A DNA stretch of 63,014 nt, the filler included, from Ministeria vibrans ATCC 50519 (taxonomy: Eukaryota; Protista; Filasterea): the NCBI GenBank assembly GCA_943704425.1. It is 5 parts of 5 records of this genome, joined end to end, with 100 filler letters (N's around TTAATTAATTAA, not from the genome) between each part and the next. Parts side by side here need not be neighbours in the genome. Positions count along the whole stretch, not along the records: positions 28,077 to 30,152 come from CALSCP010001504.1; positions 30,253 to 60,100 come from CALSCP010002308.1; 3 more parts are not named here. The stretch is one strand, 5' to 3'. The notes under the pieces were generated by a model. The model searched no databases. It saw nothing but the letters and a program-made list of their open reading frames with translations, and was not told the DNA's origin. Below, one piece after another: positions 28,077-42,928 of this stretch. A program made the position numbers and the translations under genes. Within the stretch, counting starts at the first letter, position 1, and each line of letters begins with the position of its first letter.

Positions 28077-28981
28077 CAGGGCGGCAGTTGTTCCCAGGAG
28101 AGTTCCTGACGAAGCAGGAATTGCAAATGCAATTAGAAACGATACCACTGCAATATGCGATATCTGCATTGTGAAGGTGGTAGAGGAGACAGTGGGTGGC
28201 CGGGTGGGCACTTCGACAGGTTGCGGCTGGGAGGCAGACACTGACGAGTAAAAATTTATTTTATTTTAGGTTTACGAAGACTCCACGAAGACTGAATGAC
28301 GACTGAAGCCTGACTGATAAAAAAATTCCTCGGTGATAACCATACCCCTGAAAAAAAAAAATCTTGTCGAAGAGGGGTAGGCAAAGCAAAATGGTGATTT
28401 TGGTGTCGCCTCGAAGTCGCCTCACTTGCCTGGCCATCAGCAATCTGTCTCCGCTCTCTCTTGACGCTTCTGTAGCTTAGAAAGTACCTCCAAGTGGTTC
28501 TGAGCTGTGTCTGGAGTCGCTTTTCGTTTAGGTTGTGAATAAAGGAGAGGAGGAAAGAATGCTGAAAATGTTCTGTACTCTTAGCTAAGTAGGCATCGCA
28601 TGCGCCCCACTCCCTGGAGATGACTGCTTAGCCTATGCATAACCTGCCTGAGATCAATCCCTCAGTAGCATTATGTTTTCTTGCGTGCGTCCCAGGGGGC
28701 TGCCAGTTGGACATCAAACCCAAAACAAACTCAAAACAAACTAAAGACGAACTAAAAACGAACTCAAAACTACCCCTTGGAAATTTTCACTCCCTCCCCA
28801 CACCTCTTTGATGGCTCCCGTCCCATCAGGCCTTCACATAGTAACTCCGGACTTGGCGACGTGTCAATATACATTGAGTGGAAGCTCAACTTCAACATAA
28901 TTTGCTGGCAAAACGAAGACAAAACGAGGACAAAACACATCGCTAATCAGCCGTCAATGACACTTGCCCAATGTCACAGCA

Positions 28982-29580
28982 GGCGACTACCAGGTGTCCA
29001 AGGCAACCATCGCGGGCGGGGTCAACGACTCGGCTCTGCCGAAGGCCCCCAACGGCGAGTCGGTGATGCGCGTGTCTCTTGAAACTTCCTTGAAACGGTA
29101 CGGGGCACGACGGTCACGCGCGAAGCCGGTGTGACGCTAACGCTCACGTCGACCGAGACGCTGGGTGGCAAGTACGCCCTCTATGTACCCTTGGCGGATG
29201 GTTTTGAGTGGGTGCAGGCTACCCCCTGTGCCGGCCCCACGACCTCGGGCAACACCATGACTGTGACCCTGTGCGAACCGGTGACTGCCTTCTTTTTTGC
29301 ACCGGACACCACCTCTTCGAACAATCGCAACGTGATCATCATCTCTGTTTCCATTGTACTTGCCGTCTGCGCTATGTTGATCCTGTTGGTAGTGCTGCGT
29401 CGTCGGGATAAGAAGAAAAAGAAGACATACGTGAATGGAATGGAGTTCAGACCGGACTTCACGGAAGACTACGAACGAAGCCAGTCCGCCTACTCAATCC
29501 TGCTGCTGCGCTCGTGACCTCGCGAGACTCACTGTCCACTTCATCGCCCCGACTGGGAAGCTGGGCGACGGATTCGAGTC
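28982..29580 (+). pseudogene. Degenerate single-pass receptor, probable receptor tyrosine kinase relic
   Basis: Extracellular segment broken by an 11-nt insertion (29086-29096); TM VIIISVSIVLAVCAMLILLVVL plus basic stop-transfer RRRDKKKKK; juxtamembrane PDF...; in-frame TGA at 29515; then PRE and frameshifted ...GKLGDGF resembling the start of a kinase Gly loop. The kinase body is absent. Confidence 0.5.
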
Positions 29581-30152
29581 CTCTTGGTCAGACGATGAGT
29601 GTTCGTCTGTAGTCGAGAGAAAGAGAGAGGAGAAAGTGGTAGAGAGGGAAAAAGAGAGAGAGAAGAAAATGATAGAGAGTGAGAGGAAGGATCTAAAAAA
29701 TCCGATTTCAATAAAGAAATCCTTGTTGTGAAAAACATTGTAACAAAAATTGAAAATGTACGACAAAAACGTCGTAGTCGGTAGTGTATGCTCAGCAGAG
29801 ATTTCCAACTCCACACCCGGTGGAACAGAAAGAATGAGGACCACCCGAATTGCCATGCTGAAGAGAGACAGAGTATTCGCTGAAAGAGCCCCCGACAACG
29901 CGACTTGCTCCTGGAGGCACATAGCCAGACTTTTTGCATGCAGCAATGTAATCTCCTGCACGCACAAAGGACACTCGTTTCAGATAAAGATTTCTGTGTC
30001 ACATTCCCACTCTGTCATAATGTCGCTTTGTCACTTTGTCATTCTCATTTTGTCACTGTGCCACTACGTCTCTCTATCTCTCTATTACTTTGTTTCTCCC
30101 TCGTCTCTTTCTCTTCTCTTTCTACCACATTCCCCTGTCCCCCTCCCCCCCC

Positions 30153-30252
30153 NNNNNNNNNNNNNNNNNNNNNNNNNNNNNNNNNNNNNNNNNNNNTTAA
30201 TTAATTAANNNNNNNNNNNNNNNNNNNNNNNNNNNNNNNNNNNNNNNNNNNN
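30153..30252. other. Artificial contig spacer
   Basis: N-TTAATTAATTAA-N. Confidence 0.95.
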
Positions 30253-30283
30253 CGGTAATAACCATCGCAGTTGGATCATACAC

Positions 30284-30570
30284 GAGAGAGAGAGAGAGAG
30301 AGAGAGAAAGAAACAAAGTGATAGAGAGAGAGACAAAGTGATAGAGAGACAAAGTGATAGAGAGACAAAGTGATAGAGAGACAAAATGATAGAGACAAAG
30401 TGATAGAGAGACAAAATGATAGAGAGACAAAGTGATAGAGAGACAAAGTGATAGAGAGACAAAGTGATAGAGAGACAAAATGATAGAGAGACAAAATGAT
30501 AGAGAGACAAAATGATAGAGAGACAAAATGATAGAAACAAAAAGTGAGAAAGGAGGCAAAGCGATAGAGA
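30284..30570. repeat. Minisatellite array, ~16-nt unit GAGAGACAAA(G/A)TGATA
   Basis: About 15 tandem units seen directly. Confidence 0.92.
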
Positions 30571-30632
30571 GAAAAAACCAAATAGAAAAAGTGATGGGAT
30601 ATATGACATTTTGACATGACATTTTGGTTTAG

Positions 30633-31062
30633 GTGTTGGACACAGCAATGAAGAATTGCGGTGCGGCCATGCACGACCATGTGTGCACACACACCGTCGT
30701 CGACGAACTCTTCAACGTCATTCAGGTATGTACAGTGATAGTTGGATTTTTTTTGTGTGTAACATTGCTTCAGACTGACTTTCTGTATCAATCAAGACTG
30801 GCAATGACCGAGTTCGCGAGCGAATTCTTGAGCTCCTGCAGCTGTGGGCGCACGCCTTTCGCAATGAGCCCACTCGCCACATCTTCCGCGACACCTGTGC
30901 TCAACTTCGTAGTCAAGGTAGCCAAATTATGATTATAGTTTTGTCAGAAAAGAAATTTACCTTTGGCTTTTTAGGCGTTTCGTTTCCGCCGCTCAAAGAA
31001 TCCGATGCAATGTTCAACACAGATACAGTAATAATTCATCTCTCATTCTCGTTTTTTGCACA

Positions 31063-31107
<45 letters not shown>

Positions 31108-31987
31108 TCTATCACTTTCTTCATTCTTCTTCTTCTTCCTCCTCCTCTCTCAATCAGTCTCTTTCGTTTTTTTTCCCTCTTTAACATTGTTCCTTCTTCT
31201 TCCTTTCTCTCCTTCTTCTCTGTCTCAGCCGCCAATGTGGCGCGATGCTCCATCGTGCGCCGTGTGCCACAACGACTTTTCTGTACTGACTCGTCGCAAG
31301 CACCACTGTCGCCACTGTGGCTCGGCCGTGTGCTATGCGTGTTCGGGAAAGCTATCGGCAGTTGTCAAGTATGGCTATGAAAAGCCAGTGCGCGTGTGTG
31401 ATCCGTGCTTTGCACAGCTCAACGGGAGAGGTAGTGACGCTGCTGCAGATCTGTCGACGAGCACTCCGCTCACGGCTGTCGTGGCCGGCGCCACCACGGG
31501 GGCTGCGTCAACTGCAAGTGCGGCCACGGTGGACCCACAGGTGCAGGAGCGTGAGCAGGACGAGTTGGAACAGGCTATTGCCCTGTCCCTCGTTGAAGAT
31601 GCTCAGGCTCGCGAGCGCCGGTCCACTAACATCCCTTCTAGTGCTGCCTCGCCTCACCACCAACACTACCCGCAACAGCAGTACCACCACCACAACCCGA
31701 CTGCATCGCCCCCGCCCCCCGCTACCGCCCCCTCCTACGCACCCGAGCGAGTCGACGATCCCGAGCTTGCGCGATATCTTGACCGAGACTACTGGGAGAA
31801 CGAGCGACGCAAGAGCGAGGCTGAGCGAGAACGACAGCTGCAACAACAACAAAAACAAGAACAACAACAGCAACAGGAGGAAAAACAGCGACGGGAGCAG
31901 CGGAAACGCGAACAACGACAACGCGAACGAGACCGTGAAGTACAAGAGCAGGAGGAACAGCGAGCACGACAGAAGGCGAAGGAGGAA

Positions 31988-32020
<33 letters not shown>

Positions 32021-32992
32021 ACTACTACTACTACTGCTGCTGCTGGTAGTAGTAGCACTGCTGCTATAGTCCCCGCTGCGTCTTCTGCATCCACGACTGT
32101 GAACACCGTTGGCCCATTCTCGGTGGTGTCGGGCGTGACGGAGGAGTCTACCGATCAAGAGGGGCAAGTGGTGGCCAACTTGCAAGGGGCGCTGCAACAG
32201 TTTGATGAACGACTTCATCGCGCCATGACAGCGGGACGGACGCTAGCAAGCGATACTGCATTGCGAACGCTGCGTGCTCAGCTAGACTCGCTCCACACAC
32301 AGCTGCTCGAACACATTGATAGGCGTGAGGGTACGCGCTTCAAGTACGATGTGGTGTGCAAGAAGACGGCTCAGATTGGCGAAATGCAAATTGCTTTGGG
32401 CCAAGCGCGCGTAGCCCACGCGGAACGAGTTGCAGCGATGCAGCGCGAGCAGGAAATGCTCCAAAGAATGCAACTTGAGCAAAAAATGGAACTGTTGCGA
32501 CAACAGGAGCGTGAACGTGCAGTCTTTGTCGCACCTTCTGTCGCCACTGCCACGCCTACCCCTGCCCCTCCTCCAACTGACTTTCACCCGTATCCTATTC
32601 ATCAAATGCAGCCGCAGCAACCATATCCCTTCCAATCACCACAAACAGCATCATCGTCAACAGCTACAGCAGCGGCAACGACGTCATACCCCGCCTTTGT
32701 GGGCCAGCCACCGCCACACCCTGCTTCAGTGGGGTCATTCTCTGCCACAGGTTCCCTGCCTTCCGCCAATCACATACCCTCTTCTGCTGCCGTACAGCAT
32801 CCGCAGGCGTTAGCGTTTCCTTCTGTTCCCGTAAGTGCAAGTTCAGGTGAAATGTGGTGGCCTAATTTTTTTTTGCTTGTTTTTTCTTGACAGAATGTAC
32901 CCCTTCCACCTCCAGCCCAAACGCGACAACAACAACAACAACAAGCACAGCAGCCGACCCCAAGTGTGCAAGGCGAACTCATATCGTTTTGA
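30633..32992 (+). CDS. HGS: ESCRT-0 subunit Hrs/Vps27 (VHS partial, FYVE, UIM, coiled coil, clathrin box); 5' end missing
   Basis: VHS VLDTAMKNCG...RERILELLQLWAHAF...FPPLKESDAMF; FYVE RRKHHCRHCG...VRVCDPC; UIM EQDELEQAIALSL; DPELARYLDRDYWE; QMQLEQKMELLRQ-type coil; C-terminal ELISF*. Confidence 0.95.
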
Positions 32993-34607
32993 CAATAATT
33001 ATTGAAGCAAATAGAAGGAAAATAATAATAATTATTATTGTGTTTTGACCATATTTTGACCTTATTTTACCTTAAACTGATAGTCCTATTACACCGTTAA
33101 CGCTGGGCGTTAAACAAACACAGTAGAGTGAATAGCGATGGAGCAGAAATTTAATCAACTTAATTAATTTGAAGTGAAATTATGAGAAACTCAGAGAAGA
33201 GAGTATTTATTACTTTAGAGTACCTGCTAATACAAATTATACAATGCTTCCATCAATATTAAACGGCAACCATAGGACATGGGCGAGCCCCAAACCCCAA
33301 GATGATATTAGAAGATGAAGCACAAAGACCCACAAATAAATTAACAATCTTAATAAAAAGAAGAAAATATAATGCAATAAGGCAGAAGAATGAAGACTAA
33401 TGTGAAGTGCTTTCGTCAAAGTCTCAAAGACTAACCCCCAAGAAGATGGAGCGCCCATGATCGACGCACAGGACCCTCTCTGACCTTCCATTAGAGGTCT
33501 AAACGAATGAAAATGGATGTTGTTGCTGCTACAATACATGCCGCCTTCTGCTTCTGCTGCAGTGGCTCTGTGGCTGCGGGACGACCACGCACACCTGATA
33601 CACCGCGATTGGTGGGCGGCTGGGAATGTTGAGCTCACTCGACTGAACCCATTTTGATAATCCACCGCACATCCATACGCGTTAACGCGCACGGTTGACA
33701 GTTCGTACTTCGTAAACTGTAAGAATCAGCAATGTACCTCGTCCATTGGCGGCGTCGGGTTGTCAGTTGGTTCGATCGCGTTTTGGATTTCACACATATT
33801 GAGTCACACACATGACGGGGAAGTGACGGGTGCCCAACGTGTCTCGCTGCCGGTTTTTTCGTCAGCAACCGACGGGACAGTGTTAGTACTATGAAACCCG
33901 GTAAATCTAGGCTGCAAGCATGACCGTTTGTTTGCTGCATAAACTTTCTCGTCGCCATTAAGTTTTTTTTTTCATAACAACAATGTTGATAATAATTTTT
34001 TTTTTCTTTTTTTTTCTCGATTTCGACAATTTTTTTGGCAGCTGCGAGCCTGCGATTCGTCGATCGTAGAGGGCGCCAGCTGTGTGGACGTGGTTCCTTC
34101 TATTCCTACGTGTGAACTACGCTCCGGGCCCTTCTGTGTCTTCTGCCTTCCGCGAGGATTGATTGTCCCCGGTACGAAATTCCGTAAGGATTACCGCACG
34201 CCCTTGTCGGGGGTTGTTTCGCGTCGACGCCACGCGCTAGACAGTCATCAAGTGCGTATAGTGGTGTATGGGGGCGTCTCGGCCGTCGCCGGGCGTTGGA
34301 TTGGTACACCGTCAAACGCAATGGCAATGTTGTGTTTCGGCATCTGGTGATGACTGTGCTCCAACCCCAAGCTAGATTGCCGATAAATTCCTCGCTTGCT
34401 ATCCTGCGTGTTGTCGCGTACCTAAAAGCGATGGAATGACGCGAACATCTGACTTTTTTTTTCTTTCTTTTTTTTTTTCTCGTTCTACTATTGAAGAAAA
34501 AGGTGCTCGCTACTGTGTGGTTCCCACGCGCCGTAACGCTCGGAGTGGCATCGTCGTCGAAACAGAGGTCGTCTGGCGGGTCGACTGTCGCCGGTTTGCA
34601 ATCCCCG

Positions 34608-35862
34608 ATGTTTCCAAATGCACCGCCTCGTCCTGTACCTTCCCCAGCGCCGCCCTCGTCGGAACCACACCAGCCAGCGCCGCACCCGCAGTTATTCTAC
34701 GAACAGCAACAACATCCGCTGCCGCCGCAACAGCCGCAGCATCTTACGCAGCCAGTGCAGTCAAATGTGACGGCGCCGCAATTGACACCACCAAACCCGT
34801 TTCTTCCATCCGCCATGTACTTTGCGCAGCCCCCCATGGGCATGGGTGCCCCCATGCAGTTTCCCATGCCAATGATGATGCCTGCGCCATCTTTGCCGGT
34901 ACCACAGTCTCACACGCAGCAACAAACACAGCAACTTGTCCCACCCCCCCAACAAATCCTCGCTCAATTTCAACCGCAACACTATCCTCCGTCGCTTCCG
35001 CTTTTCCCTTCGTATTCACTCCAAGGTGGTATGCCTCAGGGTCCCTACTTTTACCCACCACACCCACAGTATCCGCAATTGCCACCACCGTCCTCCTTCG
35101 ACCCGGCGGGCAGTCACAGCCACGCCGCTGTAGCTCCACCACCGCATCTCCAACATCAATTATTGTCGACTTACAAGCTACCAACCTCCGCGTGGCAGCC
35201 ACAAAAGCCCAACTACGACTTCACCGTGGTCACAAAGCCACGCGAACCAAATGGTGCAGCCAAGGCGGCAGCGGCAACAGCTGTGTCCGCGACCACCTCC
35301 ACAACAACAACAGCAACAACAACAACAGCAACAGCAACATCAGCGGGCCTGAATGCAAATGGAACAGAATCGCAGGCTTCCAAATTGATCAAGCGCAAGC
35401 GTTCACACTCCGAGTCTGCACCTTTGTACCAACAAGAGGTCATCGACTCTGCCCAGGTCAGTCGCACGGAGGCAAGTACCGTGGGCATACGCAATGACTC
35501 AGATGGAGCCGAACCAATGCTGGGACCGCGCAAGCGTCGTCAACTTGCCCAGCAACAGACACGTCGGCACACCCTGAGTCGTCAAGCCCCCCCACCCACA
35601 CCACGGCGACCACCGACCGAAAGACGTACCAAGCCCCCGGCCAAAGGTTCGGTCACGGGCGCCGTCGATGCTGCTGCTATTGGTCGTGGCACGGCCAAAC
35701 AGATTGGGCGTCCACTCGATCCGCATCGATGGCAAGAACGATTTGAGCAGCTCAAGGCGTTCAAGGAGGCGTACGGACACACGCTGGTGCCTCAGCGGTA
35801 TCACAACCAGCGGTTGTGTCGATGGGCCAAGACACAACGAGAGGTGCGAAGGGAGTCATAGG

Positions 35863-35954
<92 letters not shown>

Positions 35955-36008
35955 AAACAAAGTGATAGAGAGAGAGGAAACAAAGTGATAGAGAGAGAGG
36001 AAACAAAG

Positions 36009-36060
<52 letters not shown>

Positions 36061-36063
36061 CAA

Positions 36064-36115
<52 letters not shown>

Positions 36116-37430
36116 CAAAGTGATAGAGAGAGAGGAAACAAAGTGATAGAGAGAGAGGAAACAAAGTGATAGAGAGAGAGGAAACAAAGTGGTAGAGAGA
36201 GAGACAAAGTGATAGAGAGAGAAACAAAGTGATAGAGAGAGAAACAAAGTGATAGAGAGAGAAACAAAGTGATAGAGAGAGAGACAAAGTGATAGAGAGA
36301 GAGTGTGTGTGTGCGAAGGGGGGCAGAGAGAAGGAGAGATAGGGAGAGAGACAGAGACAGAGATAGTGACAGAGAGACAGTGTGCGTGGTGAATGCATGT
36401 ATACGTGTGTGTGCAAGTGGGAAGAGGGGATCGTGGGTATGTATGCGTGTATATATATGTGTGTATTTGTATGTGTGTGTGTGCACCTGCGCAGAAAGGA
36501 GAGAGGAGGGAAACATGAGGGTTTGATGAAAGAAAAACGAAGAAAAAAAAGAAAAAGCTGTGGGCGAGATGATTGAGCGTGCCATCCAAAGGAACACGGG
36601 AGGTGACGGGTCCAGTTCACTTGAATATGCCTCTTTAACGTGCGGCTGTGCTCTCTTCATTCTTTGTTTCTTTCCTTTTGTGCACTCTTTTACCTTCCCA
36701 TAAAATAAATTATGGCGCTAAAACCGAGATCTATTTTTAATTAATGTAGATGTATCGCGCAGAGACACTCACACAAGACCGAAGGGCACAGTTGAAAGAG
36801 ATTGGATTTGAGTGGGAGTGTAATCAACAACTGAAAAAGGCACAGTTTGCACAGCGACTGCGAATGTTGCAAACACAAGCACGCCAGACGGTGTCGCGCT
36901 GCATGTCGACCTCCATCGACTGGCAGGAGCTCTACGAGAAGCACAGGTCGCTGGCGATCTGGCTCGACGAGCAGGCAACGCTGTACCGCGACGGCAACCT
37001 CTCCAACTATCTCATTATGGAGCTTGTCGAACTTTTTAACGACCCAGTGTGTGCTGGGCTCGTGTGCGATGAAGAGCGCTTCCCTGCCCTCGAAACGCGC
37101 ATCCCGAGTGGTATCGAGGCATCGCCGCCGGGAACGAGTCACAATGCGCATCAGCCCAAGAGGAATTCGGTGGTGACCGACGAAGGTGATGATGAAGATT
37201 TAAATGTGGATGTCGACGATTGTGACGTGAATGTGAACGGCGATGATGGCGCCATTGCAAGCGACGGTGATGATTTGGACAGTTCAGACGAGGACGAGGA
37301 TTACAGGAGGGCGTGGGGAGTGGGGACAACAGTATCCCGAGACTGGACGGATGATGGAGACGCGTGCGAGCAACCGTACTCTGTGGCGAGGCAGAAGGAA
37401 GAAGATGATGATGGGGGAGAGTGCAACTGA
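34608..37430 (+). CDS. P/Q-rich protein with helicase-associated (HA) domain(s) and acidic tail
   Basis: RWQERFEQLKAFKEAYGHTLVPQRYHNQRLCRWAKTQRE|MYRAETLTQDRRAQLKEIGFEW is a typical HA repeat, split by intron 35844-36749. A second degenerate repeat (LAIWLDEQATLYRDGNLS) and basic NLS-like patches are present. Start uncertain. Confidence 0.8.
35866..36302. repeat. (GA)n plus AAACAAAGTGATAGAGAG minisatellite, intronic
   Basis: Same unit family as 30284-30570, interspersed with GA runs. Confidence 0.92.
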
Positions 37431-38466
37431 GCGCCAGGATGGGGCAGGGGCGTGAAGGAGAAGAGGGAGAGAGGGAAAAAAAAAAAAAATGGAAAGCGAG
37501 CTGACGCTCGGCGATCAGTGGGGGAGAATGGGCCGCTGAATGAATGAAAGGGTGTACTATTGTGCTATGTTTGTGAATTGTGTCAGGTGTGAGTGCGTTT
37601 GTTTTTTCTCTCCGTTCACTGAGTGTGTGTGAGTGTGTAAGTGTTTCAGTTTTGTGTGTGTTGAGTGAAACGGAGAATTTTCATTTTTCATTTTACGAAA
37701 AAACACCGCAATCGGTGGGGCAAGCGTTCGATAGCTTACAATGACTTGGTTGCAACATCTGTATTTGTCACAGGTAGCGAAGAGCGAGTGGTCGTGATGG
37801 CTCGTCGCGAGCGCAGCGAAGGTCAAACGAGACTGTCAAGCAAGTAGGGTGTATCGAACTTAAGTCTGATGATCAGAGTAGGCTTACACACTCATATGCA
37901 TTACAATAGCGGAGAGGAGGATGGACAGAGAAAGACAGAAATGATTTAATGAATAATTATTACGTCTTACTTTATTTTTACGATTAAAGTAACGTCATTA
38001 TAATTCACTCAACACGTCAAAGATATTATGTTGTGGAACCGCCAGTGAAAAATAACTTTTATTTGGTCACTCCCAATACTGAATACGATCGACTGCGTAT
38101 AAATCGTATTTAACACTCAGGAGTCAGGAGTCAGAAGTAGACCGAGTGGTGGCTTGTGATTACGGGGTAGTAGTTAGTACTCCAAATGGCAATCAGTGAT
38201 CAAAGGAAGGGCTTTATTCGATTGAATTCTGAGTGATTCTAGAATTTGTGTGTGTATTCGGCGCTCCATCTTCTAATTCTTCTTGGCAATCTTGATTGAG
38301 TTGATTCTTCATTCTTGGAGCTGTCGCCTGTCAGCTGCCCGGGCTAGTCTATATTGATTATCGAAATTTTGATAATTGATTTTTGACTTTCTTCACATTT
38401 TTTCGTTCAATTTGAATCAACTCTGCACTCAAGTCAGCTGTCGTTTGTCTTCGGACTACATACTAC

Positions 38467-39639
38467 ATGGGCGCACGGGCAAGCGTTGAGTTGCGAGACG
38501 CGGCTCGTGCGGGAAACGTTGAACTTGTCGATGGTGCACTGAAACGCGGCGGTAAGCCCAGCTGTGGCTTCAAGAATGGCAACACAGCCTTGCACTGGGC
38601 AAGTCATCGAGGTCACACGGCTGTGGTCGAGCGTCTTCTTGCGGCCAAGGCGAAGGTGTCGGTTGATGCCAAAAATAAATATGGTCGCGTACCGCTCGTC
38701 TGCGCCGCTCAGAATGGCCATGTCGAGTGCCTCGAGAGACTTCTCGATGCGGGCGCGAACCCCCGCATGCCCGCGGCCGATCAAAACGGCCGCACTGCGC
38801 TACACTCGGCAATCCGAAACCGCCATGTCGAGTCGGCCCGCCTGCTTCTGCGTCGCGGCGCCGATGCGACGGCTGTTGCCAAGAAGGGCTGGACACCTCT
38901 CCACTGCGCCGCTCGCGAAGGTCTCGCCGACCTCATCCCTCTCCTGCTTGAGCACGGCGCGCCCCTCGAAGCTCTCGACCACCACTCTTCAACCGCCCTC
39001 TACTACGCCGCCTTCAAGTAACTACACACTCTCTCTGTGTGTGTATGCGGTTTTTTTTTATGACTAAATAATATTCTTAGGGGTCATTTGGAATGTGTGG
39101 AAATACTGCTTCGAGCGGGGGCCAACGGGAATGCTGTTGGTCGCAACGGCTTTTCCGTCTTACAAGGCGCAATAGTTGCCGGGAAGCGCGACACCGCTGA
39201 GGCACTCATCTGCTGGGGCGCCAACCTGGCGTACAAGCATCGAGCGGGGCGCTCGGCATACGGACTGGCAGTGCACTGGCGACGTCCTGAATGTATCACA
39301 CTTCTTGAAGATACGGACCGTTGGGAGACGCTTGCCCATCGATGTTTGCAAGCGGTCAAACTGAACACGGAGCTGGCGGTGCAGGCGCGAGACACGACTC
39401 ACTTTCGCGTGTGCTACGGCGCAACCAGTGAGGTGGTAGAAGAAGGCCGTGCAGATGGGGAGCTTGAAAGCAATCCAATACGGCCAGCAGAAGGACAGTC
39501 TCGCCCAACGGACCTGAGCGAGGAGGATGTCGGGGAGGCGCGCGACGGCGACGATGGACCGTGCGAGGTGATGAGTCGCGCAAGTGCCGATGCTTTGCAG
39601 CAGCACCGCCTTCCTTCCTTCCCTCCAAGCCACAAGTAA
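38467..39639 (+). CDS. Ankyrin-repeat protein (about 7-8 repeats)
   Basis: GNTALHWAS, GRVPLVCAA, GRTALHSA, GWTPLHCAA, TALYYAA|KGHLECV; intron 39018-39080. Confidence 0.92.
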
Positions 39640-39819
39640 CACGTATTTAAATGTATCAACATATTTTTGAGTATAAATAAAAGTTCACCCCCTCTTTTTG
39701 TTAATAAATTTTTGTTTTGAATTTCACTTCCGACTTGACGATTTCGTTGAGACTTCGTCTAATTTGAGTAATTTCTATAAATTTAAAATAATTATTATTA
39801 TTTTGAGTGTATTGCACAG

Positions 39820-42789
<2,970 letters not shown>

Positions 42790-42928
42790 ATAAAAAACAA
42801 AAACTAACTCACACAAACCATAAGTCTCACAAGTAAAATTTTCAATAAAAACAATAGTATTTTCTACGTTCATCTGTCTTTCAACCACCAGTGCGACTCA
42901 CGGTTTGACGTTTGTGTGACTTGAGAAG

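Noticed and set aside
29515-29517. In-frame TGA as selenocysteine or a reassigned codon
   Set aside because: TGA is a normal stop in many genes here, and the locus also has frameshifts, so pseudogenisation is simpler. No SECIS recognised.
30284-30570. Regular repeat array as CRISPR, or as tet operator copies (AGTGATAGAGA half-site)
   Set aside because: No unique spacers, no cas genes, eukaryotic intron context, and no full tetO palindrome.
33050-33960. Possible transposon relic or minus-strand gene downstream of HGS
   Set aside because: Frames are interrupted and no family motif or consistent splice model was found.
35761-36660. ORFs rich in SLSLSL, YHFVSLS, IIII or THTH
   Set aside because: Translations of micro- and minisatellites.
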